51,450 nucleotides of DNA from Microcella sp. GTDB lineage: Bacteria > Actinomycetota > Actinomycetes > Actinomycetales > Microbacteriaceae. This document shows, in pieces, positions 29,392 to 39,731 of the stretch. The DNA lies in NCBI RefSeq assembly GCF_033763155.1, contig NZ_JANRKZ010000233.1, positions 1 to 51,450 on the forward strand. The letters are read 5' to 3'. The position numbers and the translations under genes are program-made. A model generated the notes under the pieces. That model did no database searches. It had not been told where the DNA came from and saw nothing but the letters and a program-made list of their open reading frames with translations. Within the stretch, counting starts at the first letter, position 1; each line of letters begins with the position of its first letter.

Positions 29392-30774
29392 TTGATGAGC
29401 GAAACGGAGCACGTCGTCGACACGGCGCCGAGCGCGATTCACCGGTCGACGGGCGACGAGCGAGCGCGCGCCGTTTTTGCCGGCCTAAGTGCAAACAGCT
29501 CCCACTCTCCCGTCACTCACGGCCGTCGATCGGCAGCAGAGGTTCAGAGCGACATCGCGCGTCGCGCCCGATCGTCGGCCTTCACAGCGGTTCCCGTGGT
29601 CTTGACTGGCGCGATTGCCCTCGGGCTCGGGCTGACGGGGCCCGTCGACCCCGCGTATGCGCGCAAGCCGGTTCCCCCGAAGCCTGAGCAAGCGCCCCCA
29701 CCGCTGGGGCTTCGTACGGCTCTTTCTCAACTCGGCACGGCACTTCTGCCGGGCGGACTCGCAACGCAGGCAGTCTCGACCCACGCCGCACCGGCCGTCT
29801 ACACCGTTGCCGCTGGCGACACCGTGAGCAGCATCGCACAACGTTTCGGGCTCTCGACTGCGTCTGTGCTTGCCCTCAACGGCCTGTCGTGGAAGTCGAC
29901 GATCTTCGCGGGGCAGGTGCTCGCCCTCACGAACGAGCCCGTCAAAAAGACGGGAACGCCAATGCCCACGTCGACGGCCGGCAGATACGTCATCGAAAAG
30001 GGCGACACGATCTCGGGCCTCGCCGCCGCTTTTGGCGTGAGCGCCCAAGCTCTGCTCGACGAGAACGGCCTCTCGCACGCGAGCATCATTTATCCGGGAC
30101 AAACGATCGTTATTCCCGGCCGCGTCGCAGAGCTTCAGCCCGCTCCGCCACCCGTCGTGGGCCGCAATGCCGACGTCCCCGTGCTCCCCCGCGGTGCGAC
30201 GCAGACCACCGTCACCGAGACCGACACCCAGAACACTCCGTCGCTCGCGGTCGCCGTCAGCGCCCTACCCATCATGGAGCGGCCGGTTCTCCCCTCGTCG
30301 ACACACAGTCCTCGTCACTCGTCGGGGGGCACGAGCACAAGCTCTCCGACACGCCCGCCGAGCGGCGGGACGGTGACTCCGTTGACGGCCGAAATGCGCG
30401 CGAATGCGAGCATCATCGTCGCGGTGGGCCAGGATCTCGGCGTTCCGGAATACGGAATCGTCATCGCTCTGGCTACCGCGATGCAAGAGTCGTCGCTCCG
30501 CAACCTCTCGTGGGGCGATCGTGACTCCGTCGGCCTCTTTCAGCAAAGGCCGTCGTCAGGCTGGGGCACCGCGGCGAACCTGCAGATACCGAGCCATGCT
30601 GCTGAGCTCTTCTACGTCGGGCGATCGGGCTATACGCGCGGCTTGCTCGACATTCCGGGCTGGCAGAACATGACGCTGACCCGTGCGGCTCAAGCGGTGC
30701 AGATCTCGGCATATCCCGACGCGTATGCCAAGTGGGAGGCGAGCGCGTGGGCGTGGTACTTCGACCTGACCTAA
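29392..30774 (+). CDS. Secreted LysM-domain peptidoglycan hydrolase with lysozyme-like C-terminus
   Basis: Hydrophobic segment with AYA site, two LysM repeats (YTVAAGDTVSSIA, YVIEKGDTISGLA), S/T/P linker, ATAMQESSLRNL..GDRDSVGLFQQRPSSGWG domain. Confidence 0.88.
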   Translation: MMSETEHVVDTAPSAIHRSTGDERARAVFAGLSANSSHSPVTHGRRSAAEVQSDIARRARSSAFTAVPVVLTGAIALGLGLTGPVDPAYARKPVPPKPEQAPPPLGLRTALSQLGTALLPGGLATQAVSTHAAPAVYTVAAGDTVSSIAQRFGLSTASVLALNGLSWKSTIFAGQVLALTNEPVKKTGTPMPTSTAGRYVIEKGDTISGLAAAFGVSAQALLDENGLSHASIIYPGQTIVIPGRVAELQPAPPPVVGRNADVPVLPRGATQTTVTETDTQNTPSLAVAVSALPIMERPVLPSSTHSPRHSSGGTSTSSPTRPPSGGTVTPLTAEMRANASIIVAVGQDLGVPEYGIVIALATAMQESSLRNLSWGDRDSVGLFQQRPSSGWGTAANLQIPSHAAELFYVGRSGYTRGLLDIPGWQNMTLTRAAQAVQISAYPDAYAKWEASAWAWYFDLT

Positions 30775-30837
30775 ACGGTGTCAACACCACGCGCGTGGCA
30801 CCAGGCTCGCCCCAAAACCGCAACCTAGACTGACCCA

Positions 30838-32766
30838 GTGAGCTCTTCGACGACCGATCCCCTCATCGGCCGCCTGATCGACGGCCGGTATCAGGTTCGC
30901 TCACGCATCGCCCGAGGTGGCATGGCGACGGTCTACCTCGCGACCGATCAACGCCTTGATCGACTCGTCGCCGTCAAGATCATGCACGGCCACTTGGCCG
31001 ACGACAGTCAATTCAAAGAGCGCTTTATTCAAGAGGCTCGCTCGGCGGCGCGATTGGCGCACCCCAACGTCGTCAACGTGTTCGATCAGGGTCAGGATGC
31101 CGAATCGGCCTACCTCGTCATGGAGTATCTGCCGGGCATCACGCTTCGCGAACTGCTCCAGGAGTACGGTGCGCTGACTCCCGAGCAAACGATGGACATC
31201 ACCGAAGCGGTGCTCGGCGGCCTCGCTGCCGCTCACAAAGCTGGCATCGTGCATCGCGACCTCAAACCAGAAAACGTGCTGTTGGCCGATGACGGGCGTA
31301 TCAAGATCGGTGACTTTGGGCTTGCACGCGCAGCCAGCGCCAACACCGCGACTGGTCAGGCACTCCTGGGCACGATCGCCTATCTGTCTCCCGAACTCGT
31401 GACGCGCGGCATCGCCGACACCCGCAGTGACATATACGCCGTCGGCATCATGATGTTCGAGATGCTCACGGGCGAGCAGCCATTCAAGGGCGAACAGCCG
31501 ATGCAAATCGCCTACCAGCATGCGAACGACTCGGTGCCTGCCCCGAGCGAATTCAACCCTCGCGTTACGGCCGAGTGGGATGAACTCGTTCTGTGGGCAA
31601 CCGCGAGAGACCCCCATGACCGGCCCGCCGATGCCCGAGCGCTGCTCGACCAGGTCACAGAGACTGGCCGCGCATTGCAAACCGCGTTGCCGGCCACGGC
31701 AACACAGCGCACAGCGCTGTTGACCGCTCCGATCCCCACCGCTCCCCCAACCGACGAGACCCAGGTGCTCGGCACTCGAGGCAGCGCGGATGCCAGCGAT
31801 CGCCCCTCGGCGACCGCCGAGCTCACGAGTCGCGGACCCACCAGTCGGCGGCGGGGATGGATTCTCTTTGCCGCGGTTCTCGCGCTTGCGGGCCTCGCGG
31901 CAGGAATTGGCTGGTACTTCAGCGTCGGACCAGGCGGGCGGGTGATGATCGCCGACGTGCGGGGAGACACCGTGGACGCCGCGCGGCTCATTCTCGACGA
32001 CCAAGGGGTGGTCGTTGCCGACGCAGTCGCCGAGGCCTACGACCTCGAGGTCGAAGCGGGCCTCGTCGCGGGCACCGACCCGCCAGCGGGCGAATTCATC
32101 GATCGTGACACCGTGGTGACCATCATTGTGTCTCTCGGGCCAGAGCCGACGACCGTGCCCACCGTTGTTGGCCTGCCAGAAGCCGACGCTCGACTTGCCC
32201 TTACCGACGCCGGATTCGAGGTCGGAAAAGCCATCGCCCAATTTGATCCCGATGTGGCCGAAGGTTCGGTCATTGCGGTGATCGGCGCTGACGATCAGGC
32301 TCTTGCCGCAGGTGCCGCGTCGTTTAAGGGCACACCCGTACAACTGTTGGTCTCGGTGGGGCCGATTCCCGCTGTTCGGGGCTTGACAGTCGAAGCGGCC
32401 CAGGCGGCGCTGAGTGCGCGTGACCTCACGGGAATCGTGGGGGGCGAATCTGAGTTTGACAACGACGTGCCGCTCGGCAACGTCTTGCGGGTCGAGCGCA
32501 CGAGCGACTCTCCTGTGCGGCCCGGTAGCACTCTCACGATCATCGTCTCGCGTGGCCCCGACCTCGTCGAGGTGCCCAATGTCGTCGGTAAGTCGATCAA
32601 CGAGGCCGTTGAGATTCTCGAAGCCGCCGGTTTCAGCGTGACCCTCGACACGAACGTGCCGCCAGGACTTCGTGACTCTCCGCTGGCAGCCGTTCAGGCC
32701 ACGGACCCTGCCGCCGGAGAGAAGATCCTCCGCAACAGTGACGTGACCGTCATCGCCAACTACTAG
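30838..32766 (+). CDS. PASTA-domain Ser/Thr protein kinase (PknL-locus type)
   Basis: RGGMATVY, VAVK, HRDLKPEN, DFG, YLSPE, one TM and about four PASTA repeats. Confidence 0.95.
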   Translation: MSSSTTDPLIGRLIDGRYQVRSRIARGGMATVYLATDQRLDRLVAVKIMHGHLADDSQFKERFIQEARSAARLAHPNVVNVFDQGQDAESAYLVMEYLPGITLRELLQEYGALTPEQTMDITEAVLGGLAAAHKAGIVHRDLKPENVLLADDGRIKIGDFGLARAASANTATGQALLGTIAYLSPELVTRGIADTRSDIYAVGIMMFEMLTGEQPFKGEQPMQIAYQHANDSVPAPSEFNPRVTAEWDELVLWATARDPHDRPADARALLDQVTETGRALQTALPATATQRTALLTAPIPTAPPTDETQVLGTRGSADASDRPSATAELTSRGPTSRRRGWILFAAVLALAGLAAGIGWYFSVGPGGRVMIADVRGDTVDAARLILDDQGVVVADAVAEAYDLEVEAGLVAGTDPPAGEFIDRDTVVTIIVSLGPEPTTVPTVVGLPEADARLALTDAGFEVGKAIAQFDPDVAEGSVIAVIGADDQALAAGAASFKGTPVQLLVSVGPIPAVRGLTVEAAQAALSARDLTGIVGGESEFDNDVPLGNVLRVERTSDSPVRPGSTLTIIVSRGPDLVEVPNVVGKSINEAVEILEAAGFSVTLDTNVPPGLRDSPLAAVQATDPAAGEKILRNSDVTVIANY

Positions 32767-34133
32767 CTACGCCCGAGCTCCTCGGCTACGAGGAAGGCCA
32801 GCTCGAGTGACTGCATGTGGTTGAGGCGGGGGTCACACAGCGATTCGTAGCGAGTCGCGAGAGTCTCTTCATCAATGTGTTCAGAACCACCGAGGCACTC
32901 CGTCACATCATCGCCCGTGAGCTCGACGTGGATGCCTCCCGGGTGGGTTCCGACGGCACGGTGCGACTCGAAGAATCCCTTGACCTCGTCGACGACATCG
33001 TCGAAGCGACGCGTCTTGTAGCCGTTGGGAGTCGTCAAGCCGTTGCCGTGCATCGGGTCGCACACCCACAAAGGCGTGGCGTCAACGCGCGTGATGGCGT
33101 CGAGAAGGGGCGGAAGAGCATCCCGAATCGTTCCGGCGCCCATGCGCGTGATGAAGGTCAAGCGACCGGGCTCGCGCTCGGGGTCGAGCACGTCGATCAG
33201 GCGCTCCATGGTCTCGGGGGTCGTCGACGGGCCAAGCTTCACGCCGATGGGGTTGCGAATGCGCTTGAAGAAGTCGACGTGCGCACCATCGAGGTCGCGC
33301 GTGCGCTCACCGATCCACAGGAAGTGCGCGCTCGTCGTGTAGGGCGTGCCGGTGCGCGAGTCGATTCGCGTCATGGGGCGCTCATAGTCCATGAGCAAGC
33401 CCTCGTGACTCGAGTAGAACTCGACGCGCTTGAGCTCGTCGAAGTCGGCGCCCGCGGCCTCCATGAACTTCACGGCGCGGTCGATCTCTTTGGCGAGGCC
33501 TTCATAGCGCTGGTTGGCAGGGTTCGCGGCGAAGCCCTTGTTCCAGCTGTGCACCATGCGCAGGTCGGCGAAACCACCCTGCGTGAAGGCTCGGATGAGG
33601 TTCAGGGTGGAGGCGCTGGTGTGGTACCCCTTCACGAGTCGTGAGGGGTCGGCCTGGCGCGACTCGGGCGTGAAGTCGTAGCCATTGACGATGTCGCCGC
33701 GGTACGCCGGCAGGGTGACGTCGCCGCGCGTCTCGGTGTCGCTCGAGCGAGGCTTGGCGAACTGGCCAGCCATCCGGCCCATCTTGATGACCGGCATCGA
33801 CGCGCCGTAGGTGAGCACAACGGCCATCTGCAAGATGGTCTTCACACGGTTGCGAATTTGGTCGGCCGTCGCCCCAGCAAAGGTTTCGGCACAGTCGCCA
33901 CCCTGCAACAAGAAGGCTTCACCGCGTGCTGCGCGCGCCAAACGATCGCGCAACATGTCGACCTCGCCCGCAAAGACGAGCGGGGGCATCGACGCGAGTT
34001 CAGCCGATGCGGCCGCTACTGCCGCCGTGTCGGGCCATTGTGGCTGCTGCTTGATCGGCAGCGTCCGCCAGTTGTCAAGACCAGCAACAACAGCAGGGTC
34101 AGCGTGCACGATGGTTTCGAACGGGTCGACCAC
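32763..34133 (-). CDS. Class II DAHP synthase
   Basis: QGGDCAETF, RMAGQFAKPRS, WIGERT, CDPMHGN, CDPRLN. Start uncertain, GTG 34133 chosen. Confidence 0.95.
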   Translation of the reverse strand: MVDPFETIVHADPAVVAGLDNWRTLPIKQQPQWPDTAAVAAASAELASMPPLVFAGEVDMLRDRLARAARGEAFLLQGGDCAETFAGATADQIRNRVKTILQMAVVLTYGASMPVIKMGRMAGQFAKPRSSDTETRGDVTLPAYRGDIVNGYDFTPESRQADPSRLVKGYHTSASTLNLIRAFTQGGFADLRMVHSWNKGFAANPANQRYEGLAKEIDRAVKFMEAAGADFDELKRVEFYSSHEGLLMDYERPMTRIDSRTGTPYTTSAHFLWIGERTRDLDGAHVDFFKRIRNPIGVKLGPSTTPETMERLIDVLDPEREPGRLTFITRMGAGTIRDALPPLLDAITRVDATPLWVCDPMHGNGLTTPNGYKTRRFDDVVDEVKGFFESHRAVGTHPGGIHVELTGDDVTECLGGSEHIDEETLATRYESLCDPRLNHMQSLELAFLVAEELGRS

Positions 34134-34201
34134 GAGAGAAACGTCCTTAGAGAGCGAGCAGGTCACGGATGCTCGGCGCATCGGCGCCGCGACGTTTCAG
34201 C

Positions 34202-34891
34202 CTATCGGGCGTTGGCCGGACGTTTGTCTTTCACCGTTGTCGCGTAGACGTCGAGGTACTCCTGACCACTCAATTGCCCGAGCTCGTACATGATTTCGTC
34301 GGTGATCGACCTCAAGACAAATCGATCACTCTCGAGACCCTGAAATCGACTGAAGTCGAGGGGTTCACCGAAGATCACTCCAGGGCGAACGACCTTCGGC
34401 AGCTTCGAACCGATCGGCATGACCTTCTCGGTGTCGATCATGGCGACCGGAACAACAGGTGCCCCCGACTCGAGAATCATGCGAGCCACCCCGGTTCGGC
34501 CGCGGTACATGATTCCGTCAGGGCTGCGGGTGCCCTCGGGGTAAATGCCCAGAGCGAATCCTTCCGCCAACACCTTGAGACCCGTATTGAGTGAAGCCTC
34601 ACTCGCCTTGCCGCCCGAACGATCGATAGGAAGCTGGCCGCTGGCCTCGAAGAACATCTTGATGAGCCAGCCCTTGATGCCCCGCCCCGTGAAGTAATCG
34701 CTCTTGGCAAGAAACACGACGCGACGGTCTAGCACGAGGGGAAGAAAGACGGAGTCGGTGAACGACAGGTGATTACTCGCCAAGATCACCGGGCCAGTGC
34801 GCGGCACATTCTCAACTCCGCGGACATACGGGCGAAAGGCCGTGAGCAGAATCGGCCCAATCACCAGGTTCTTCATGAGCCAGTAGAACAC
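34202..34891 (-). CDS. 1-acyl-sn-glycerol-3-phosphate (lysophospholipid) acyltransferase
   Basis: NHLSFTD (HxxxxD) and YPEGTRS. Confidence 0.94.
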   Translation of the reverse strand: MFYWLMKNLVIGPILLTAFRPYVRGVENVPRTGPVILASNHLSFTDSVFLPLVLDRRVVFLAKSDYFTGRGIKGWLIKMFFEASGQLPIDRSGGKASEASLNTGLKVLAEGFALGIYPEGTRSPDGIMYRGRTGVARMILESGAPVVPVAMIDTEKVMPIGSKLPKVVRPGVIFGEPLDFSRFQGLESDRFVLRSITDEIMYELGQLSGQEYLDVYATTVKDKRPANAR

Positions 34892-34960
34892 CGGGGGTTC
34901 CCTTCGTCAGCAGCGCGGTTCAGCCTAACCCGTGGGCAGAGCATCCGCCCAGGTGCATCG

Positions 34961-35914
34961 TCAGGAGGAGAGTGAGGTTGCGTGGATGCGCGCGAGGTCG
35001 GCCGCACCCACGACTCCCGCGTCATTGACGAGTTCGGCGACGACAAATTGCGGCTCAGGGTGGTACCCGCGGGCCGGCAGATGTGCGAGATACGACTCAC
35101 GAATGGGGTCGAGCAAGCGGTCACCCGCAACAGACACTCCCCCACCAAAGACAAACATTTCGGGGTCGAGTACGGCGCTCAAGCTGGCGCAGGCCTGCCC
35201 AAGCCAGGTGCCGAGCTGCCGCAAGGCATGCAGCGCGCCGGCATCTTCATCGACGAGCAAACGGGCAAGGATGTCGCCCGTGAGCCCGCCCGCTCGCTCG
35301 CGCTCCACTGACAGCTGGAGGCCGATTCCCCCGGCATCCGCGATTTCGTTCGCCATGCGAAGCAGAGCGCGGCCCGAACCGTACTGCTCAATGCACCCGC
35401 GCGCTCCGCACCCACAGGGCAGGCCGTCGGGAACGACGCGCAAGTGACCGAGTTCACCAGCGGCACCATAGCCTCCCCGCACGAGACGGTCACCCGTGAC
35501 GATAGCGCCGCCCACCCCCGTGCCGATCGTCAACATGGTCATGTCGTGCACGTCGCGCGCTGCCCCGAATCGGAATTCTGCCCACCCTGCGGCGTTCGCG
35601 TCGTTATCGATCGTGACGTCGAGATCAAGCCGCTCCCGCAGACGATCCCTGAAAGGCTCGTTTCGCCAGTTGATGTTCGGGGCGTAGTAAACGGTCGACT
35701 GCGCGGCATCGATGAACCCCGCAGCGGCGACGCCAGCAGCGATCACCTGCTGGCCGTCACTCAACTGCTCGATCATGCGCACCACGAGATCGATAATCGC
35801 GGCAGGATCACCCGCTGGCGTCGGCTCGCGAAGCTCCGCAAGAATCGCCCCATCGTCGCTCACGAGGGCCCCGGCGATCTTTGTTCCGCCAATATCAATT
35901 CCGATCGAGTGCAC
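34961..35914 (-). CDS. ROK family glucokinase
   Basis: IGIDIGGTK, NDANAA, GTGVGG, ELGH, CGCGARGCIE. Start moved to GTG 35914. Confidence 0.94.
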   Translation of the reverse strand: MHSIGIDIGGTKIAGALVSDDGAILAELREPTPAGDPAAIIDLVVRMIEQLSDGQQVIAAGVAAAGFIDAAQSTVYYAPNINWRNEPFRDRLRERLDLDVTIDNDANAAGWAEFRFGAARDVHDMTMLTIGTGVGGAIVTGDRLVRGGYGAAGELGHLRVVPDGLPCGCGARGCIEQYGSGRALLRMANEIADAGGIGLQLSVERERAGGLTGDILARLLVDEDAGALHALRQLGTWLGQACASLSAVLDPEMFVFGGGVSVAGDRLLDPIRESYLAHLPARGYHPEPQFVVAELVNDAGVVGAADLARIHATSLSS

Positions 35915-36016
35915 GAGGGTCGAGTCTAGTGACGCCTGACACTCACCGCCCGTTGTCAGTCGCCGCGCGACTAGAGTGGGTGCACCATCTGCCCGCCCGG
36001 TACCAAAGGAGTTGCC

Positions 36017-37840
36017 GTGAAAGAGTTTTTCGTCCCGGCGGTCGTCACGCCCGACCCCACTGCCAACGCGAGTGACTTGCTCGTCGACCGTGTTCGACAG
36101 ACACCGAACGGGGCGCTGTTCGCTCTTCCGACTGCGGATGGGGGTTGGTCTGATGTGACCGCCGCTGAGTTCCACCGCCAAGTCACCGCGCTCGCGAAAG
36201 GCCTGATCGCTGCGGGGGTGAAGCCCGGCGAAAAGATCGGGTTCATGTGCAAGACCCGCTACGAGTGGACCTTGGTTGACTTCGCCACGTGGTTTGCCGG
36301 CGCCGTGCTCGTGCCAATCTACGAAACCAGCTCGCCCAGCCAGGTGCAGTACATCCTCGATGACTCTGAAGCGAACCACATGATCGTCGAGACGGCTGAT
36401 CACTTCGCACGCTTTGACGAGGTCGCCGGCGACCTGCCCAAGATCGAGCACGTCTGGCAAATGCACTTGGGCGACCTCGAGAAGCTCGCTTCGACAGGTG
36501 ACGGCGTGACGGACGACGAACTCGAAGCCCGCCGCACGATCGCGAAAGGAAGCGACCTCGCGACTCTGATTTACACCTCCGGGTCAACCGGCGTGCCGAA
36601 GGGCTGCATCCTGACCCACTCGAACTTTGTTGAGCTCTGCCGCAATGCCGCCGTCTCGATGAGCCAGGTGGTCAACCCGCAGTCATCGACCCTCCTCTTC
36701 ATCACGACAGCGCACGTTTTCGCTCGATTCATCTCGGTGTTGGGCGTGCACGGCGGTGTGAAGATCGGTCACCAGGCCGACACGAAGCAACTGCTCCCCT
36801 CGCTGGGATCGTTCAAGCCCACCTTCCTGCTCGCGGTTCCCCGCGTGTTTGAGAAGGTCTACAACTCCGCGGAACAGAAGGCTGAGGCTGGCGGCAAAGG
36901 AAAGATCTTCCGCAAGGCCGCGGATGTTGCGATCGCGCACTCCAAGGCACTCGATGCGGGCAGCGTTCCCCTAGGCCTGAAGCTGCAGTTCGCGCTCTTT
37001 GACCGACTCGTGTACAGCAAACTGCGCGCGGCGATGGGCGGCCGTGTCGTGTACGCGGTCTCGGGCTCTGCTCCCTTGGGATTGCGCTTGGCTCACTTCT
37101 TCCGCAGTCTCAACATTCGCATTCTCGAGGGCTATGGACTCACGGAGACCACTGCGCCCGCGACCATCAACCTCGTCGACAAGTTCAAGATCGGCACCAC
37201 GGGCCCGGCGCTGCCGGGCGTCGGCCTCAAGATTGCCGAAGACGGCGAGATTCTCATCAAGGGAATCAACGTGTTCGGCGGGTACTGGAAGAAGCCGGAA
37301 GCGACCGCCGAGGTGATGGAAGGCGAATGGTTCCGCTCCGGTGACATCGGAACTCTCGATGACGATGGATTCTTGACGATCACAGGACGCAAGAAAGAGA
37401 TCATCGTGACCGCAGGCGGCAAGAACGTCGCGCCTGCCGGACTCGAAGACCCGATTCGCGCCAACCCGATCATCGGTCAAGTGGTCGTCGTGGGTGACCA
37501 GAAGCCCTTCGTTTCTGCCCTGGTCACGCTCGACTCAGAGATGCTTCCTGTCTGGCTCAACAACAACGAACTCGACGGCGCCATGTCGCTCACCGAAGCG
37601 GCGCAGCACCCGAAGGTTTTGGCCGAGGTGCAACGAGCAATCGATGCGGCCAACAGTCGCGTCTCGCGCGCTGAGTCGATTCGAAAGTTCACGGTTCTCG
37701 CCACGGAGTTCACCGAAGCGAGCGGCCACCTCACGCCCAAGATGAGCATCAAGCGACACGTCATCACCAAGGACTTCGCCGATGTCATCGAAGGCATGTA
37801 CAGCGGAGCCCCCGAGACGCAAGGCATCTCGCTGCAGTAA
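36017..37840 (+). CDS. Long-chain fatty acid--CoA ligase (AMP-dependent synthetase)
   Basis: IYTSGSTGVPKG, EGYGLTET, SGDIG, GRKKE. SD-like AAGGAG upstream. Confidence 0.93.
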   Translation: MKEFFVPAVVTPDPTANASDLLVDRVRQTPNGALFALPTADGGWSDVTAAEFHRQVTALAKGLIAAGVKPGEKIGFMCKTRYEWTLVDFATWFAGAVLVPIYETSSPSQVQYILDDSEANHMIVETADHFARFDEVAGDLPKIEHVWQMHLGDLEKLASTGDGVTDDELEARRTIAKGSDLATLIYTSGSTGVPKGCILTHSNFVELCRNAAVSMSQVVNPQSSTLLFITTAHVFARFISVLGVHGGVKIGHQADTKQLLPSLGSFKPTFLLAVPRVFEKVYNSAEQKAEAGGKGKIFRKAADVAIAHSKALDAGSVPLGLKLQFALFDRLVYSKLRAAMGGRVVYAVSGSAPLGLRLAHFFRSLNIRILEGYGLTETTAPATINLVDKFKIGTTGPALPGVGLKIAEDGEILIKGINVFGGYWKKPEATAEVMEGEWFRSGDIGTLDDDGFLTITGRKKEIIVTAGGKNVAPAGLEDPIRANPIIGQVVVVGDQKPFVSALVTLDSEMLPVWLNNNELDGAMSLTEAAQHPKVLAEVQRAIDAANSRVSRAESIRKFTVLATEFTEASGHLTPKMSIKRHVITKDFADVIEGMYSGAPETQGISLQ

Positions 37841-37850
37841 ACCGCGCCGT

Positions 37851-37898
37851 CGAGACGGGGGTTGTCCGGCCACACGTGGCCCGAGAGCCCCCGTTTCG
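37851..37898. terminator. GC-rich hairpin between convergent fadD and def, probable bidirectional terminator
   Basis: CGAGACGGGGG...GGCCAC-AC-GTGGCC...CCCCGTTTCG inverted repeat, no U-tract. Confidence 0.6.
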
Positions 37899-37900
37899 CG

Positions 37901-38401
37901 TTAAGGCCGCGCGAACCACTCAGCCTGTCGGATTGCCCGCATCGCGTCGCGCTTAGTGTCAGGATCGAGGCCCTCGATGTAAAGGCGCCCGTCAAGATGA
38001 TCACACTCGTGCTGCAGCGCCTGCGCGAGGAGTCCATCACCAGATAACTCAATGGGGTCACCGTTGAGGTCGATACCCGCGACTCGTGCCCAGGGGTAGC
38101 GACGGCGCCCGAATCCGAATCCGGGAACGCTCAAGCAGCCCTCGTCGACAAGGTCTGCCTCTCCTCGCACCTCAACGAGCTCAGGGTTAAGCACATAGCC
38201 CACAACCCCGTCGACGTTATAGCTGAACGCCCGCAGCGAGACACCGATTTGTGGCGCTGCAACTCCCGCACGTCCGGGTACGGCCACAGTATCGAGCAGG
38301 TCAGCAACCAGTGCATGCACAGCCGCGTCAATACGGCGAATCGGGTCGGCGGCACTCCGGAGCACCGGATCGCCAAAAAGACGAATGGGTCGTACGGTCA
38401 T
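37901..38401 (-). CDS. def: Peptide deformylase
   Basis: GVAAPQIG, EGCLS, QHECDHLDG. Confidence 0.96.
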   Translation of the reverse strand: MTVRPIRLFGDPVLRSAADPIRRIDAAVHALVADLLDTVAVPGRAGVAAPQIGVSLRAFSYNVDGVVGYVLNPELVEVRGEADLVDEGCLSVPGFGFGRRRYPWARVAGIDLNGDPIELSGDGLLAQALQHECDHLDGRLYIEGLDPDTKRDAMRAIRQAEWFARP

Positions 38402-38408
38402 GGACCCG

Positions 38409-39731
38409 TCAGACTCCGCGTCGAACGGGCATGCCTTGCGCGATGAGTGCCGCGAGCTCGCGGGCAGCGTGACGCGTCAGGGGCCGCAATTCTTTCCACG
38501 AGATCACCGAACCGGCAGCAAGAAGGTCGTCATAGGGAATGCGCACGATCTCACGCACCCGCGAGGCGAAGTGGGCTTCGATCTCTTCGAGCTTGACGAG
38601 ATTGGTGCCTTGCGTCGCAGTGTTGATGGCAACAATGGACTCACGCACGAGGTCGCCGTACCCATTGGCTTCGAGCCACGTGAGCGTCTCTGAGGCGAGC
38701 CGAGCTTCGTCGACGCTGCCGCCCGACACGATGACCAGAGCATCCGCTCGCTGAAGTGTCGCCCGCATGACGGAGTGCACAATGCCCGTGCCACAGTCGG
38801 TCAACACCACCGAGTAGTAGCGTGCAGCGAGGTCAGCCACGACGTTGTAGTCGTTCTCGTCAAAGGCCTCAGAGAGCATCGGATCGGTGTCAGACGCGAG
38901 AATGTCGAGCCGCGTTTCATCACGGGAGACGAGCGTCGAGAAGTCGGTAAAGCCTTGGATGCTCGGGGCACGATTAACGACATCACGCACCGTCGCGCGC
39001 GTCTGGCGCGCGACGCGTTCGGATAGCGTTCCACGGTCGGGGTTCGCATCGATCGCAATCACTCGGTCATCGCGAACCGACGCGAGAGCCATTCCCAAGA
39101 GCGTGGTGATCGTCGTCTTGCCGACTCCACCTTTACGAGTCAAGACGGGGACGAATCGAGCACCCCCCTCGAACTTGGTGGCGATGCGAGCATCAAGCTC
39201 TTTTCGCGCCCGAACGCGAGGCGAGTCTCCCAGGTTGACGAGATGGAAGGTGACGGCATACACGAACGCCGGCCACCACCCTTCGGGAGCGGTGCGAGAC
39301 CGACGCCGGGGCTCGATCAATCGATCAGCCGTGAGCATGGCCGCCGACTCGGGCCCCTGGTTCACTCCGTCGAGCATGTCACGGCGGGTGTAGATGCCCT
39401 CTGCGACCGGAAGTGGCGGAACCTCGGGCTCAGCCTCGACGTCGGGAGTGGTGACGACCGCGTGCAGCTCATCGTCAGCCAACGAAATGACCGTCGTTGC
39501 CGACTCGTTGACCGAGACAACGGCCGGATCGACGCCGAACTCGACGAGGGCGACGGCCTGCTCGTCTTCGGGTCGCTCGTGGACCGGTGCGGGCAGTTCG
39601 ACATTGACGGTCAAGCTCTCGGGAACCGCGGCAGCCATGTCAGCGTCTGACGTGGGTTCGATGCCGTCGGCAACGGTCGCTGCCGCGGTCGACGCGGGTG
39701 CGACCTTGGTTCGGACACGCTTTTCAGCCAC
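38409..39731 (-). CDS. MinD/ParA (FlhG/EspI-like) ATPase with acidic N-terminal extension
   Basis: RKGGVGKTT, DANPDRGTL, DCGTG, IPYD. Confidence 0.88.
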   Translation of the reverse strand: MAEKRVRTKVAPASTAAATVADGIEPTSDADMAAAVPESLTVNVELPAPVHERPEDEQAVALVEFGVDPAVVSVNESATTVISLADDELHAVVTTPDVEAEPEVPPLPVAEGIYTRRDMLDGVNQGPESAAMLTADRLIEPRRRSRTAPEGWWPAFVYAVTFHLVNLGDSPRVRARKELDARIATKFEGGARFVPVLTRKGGVGKTTITTLLGMALASVRDDRVIAIDANPDRGTLSERVARQTRATVRDVVNRAPSIQGFTDFSTLVSRDETRLDILASDTDPMLSEAFDENDYNVVADLAARYYSVVLTDCGTGIVHSVMRATLQRADALVIVSGGSVDEARLASETLTWLEANGYGDLVRESIVAINTATQGTNLVKLEEIEAHFASRVREIVRIPYDDLLAAGSVISWKELRPLTRHAARELAALIAQGMPVRRGV

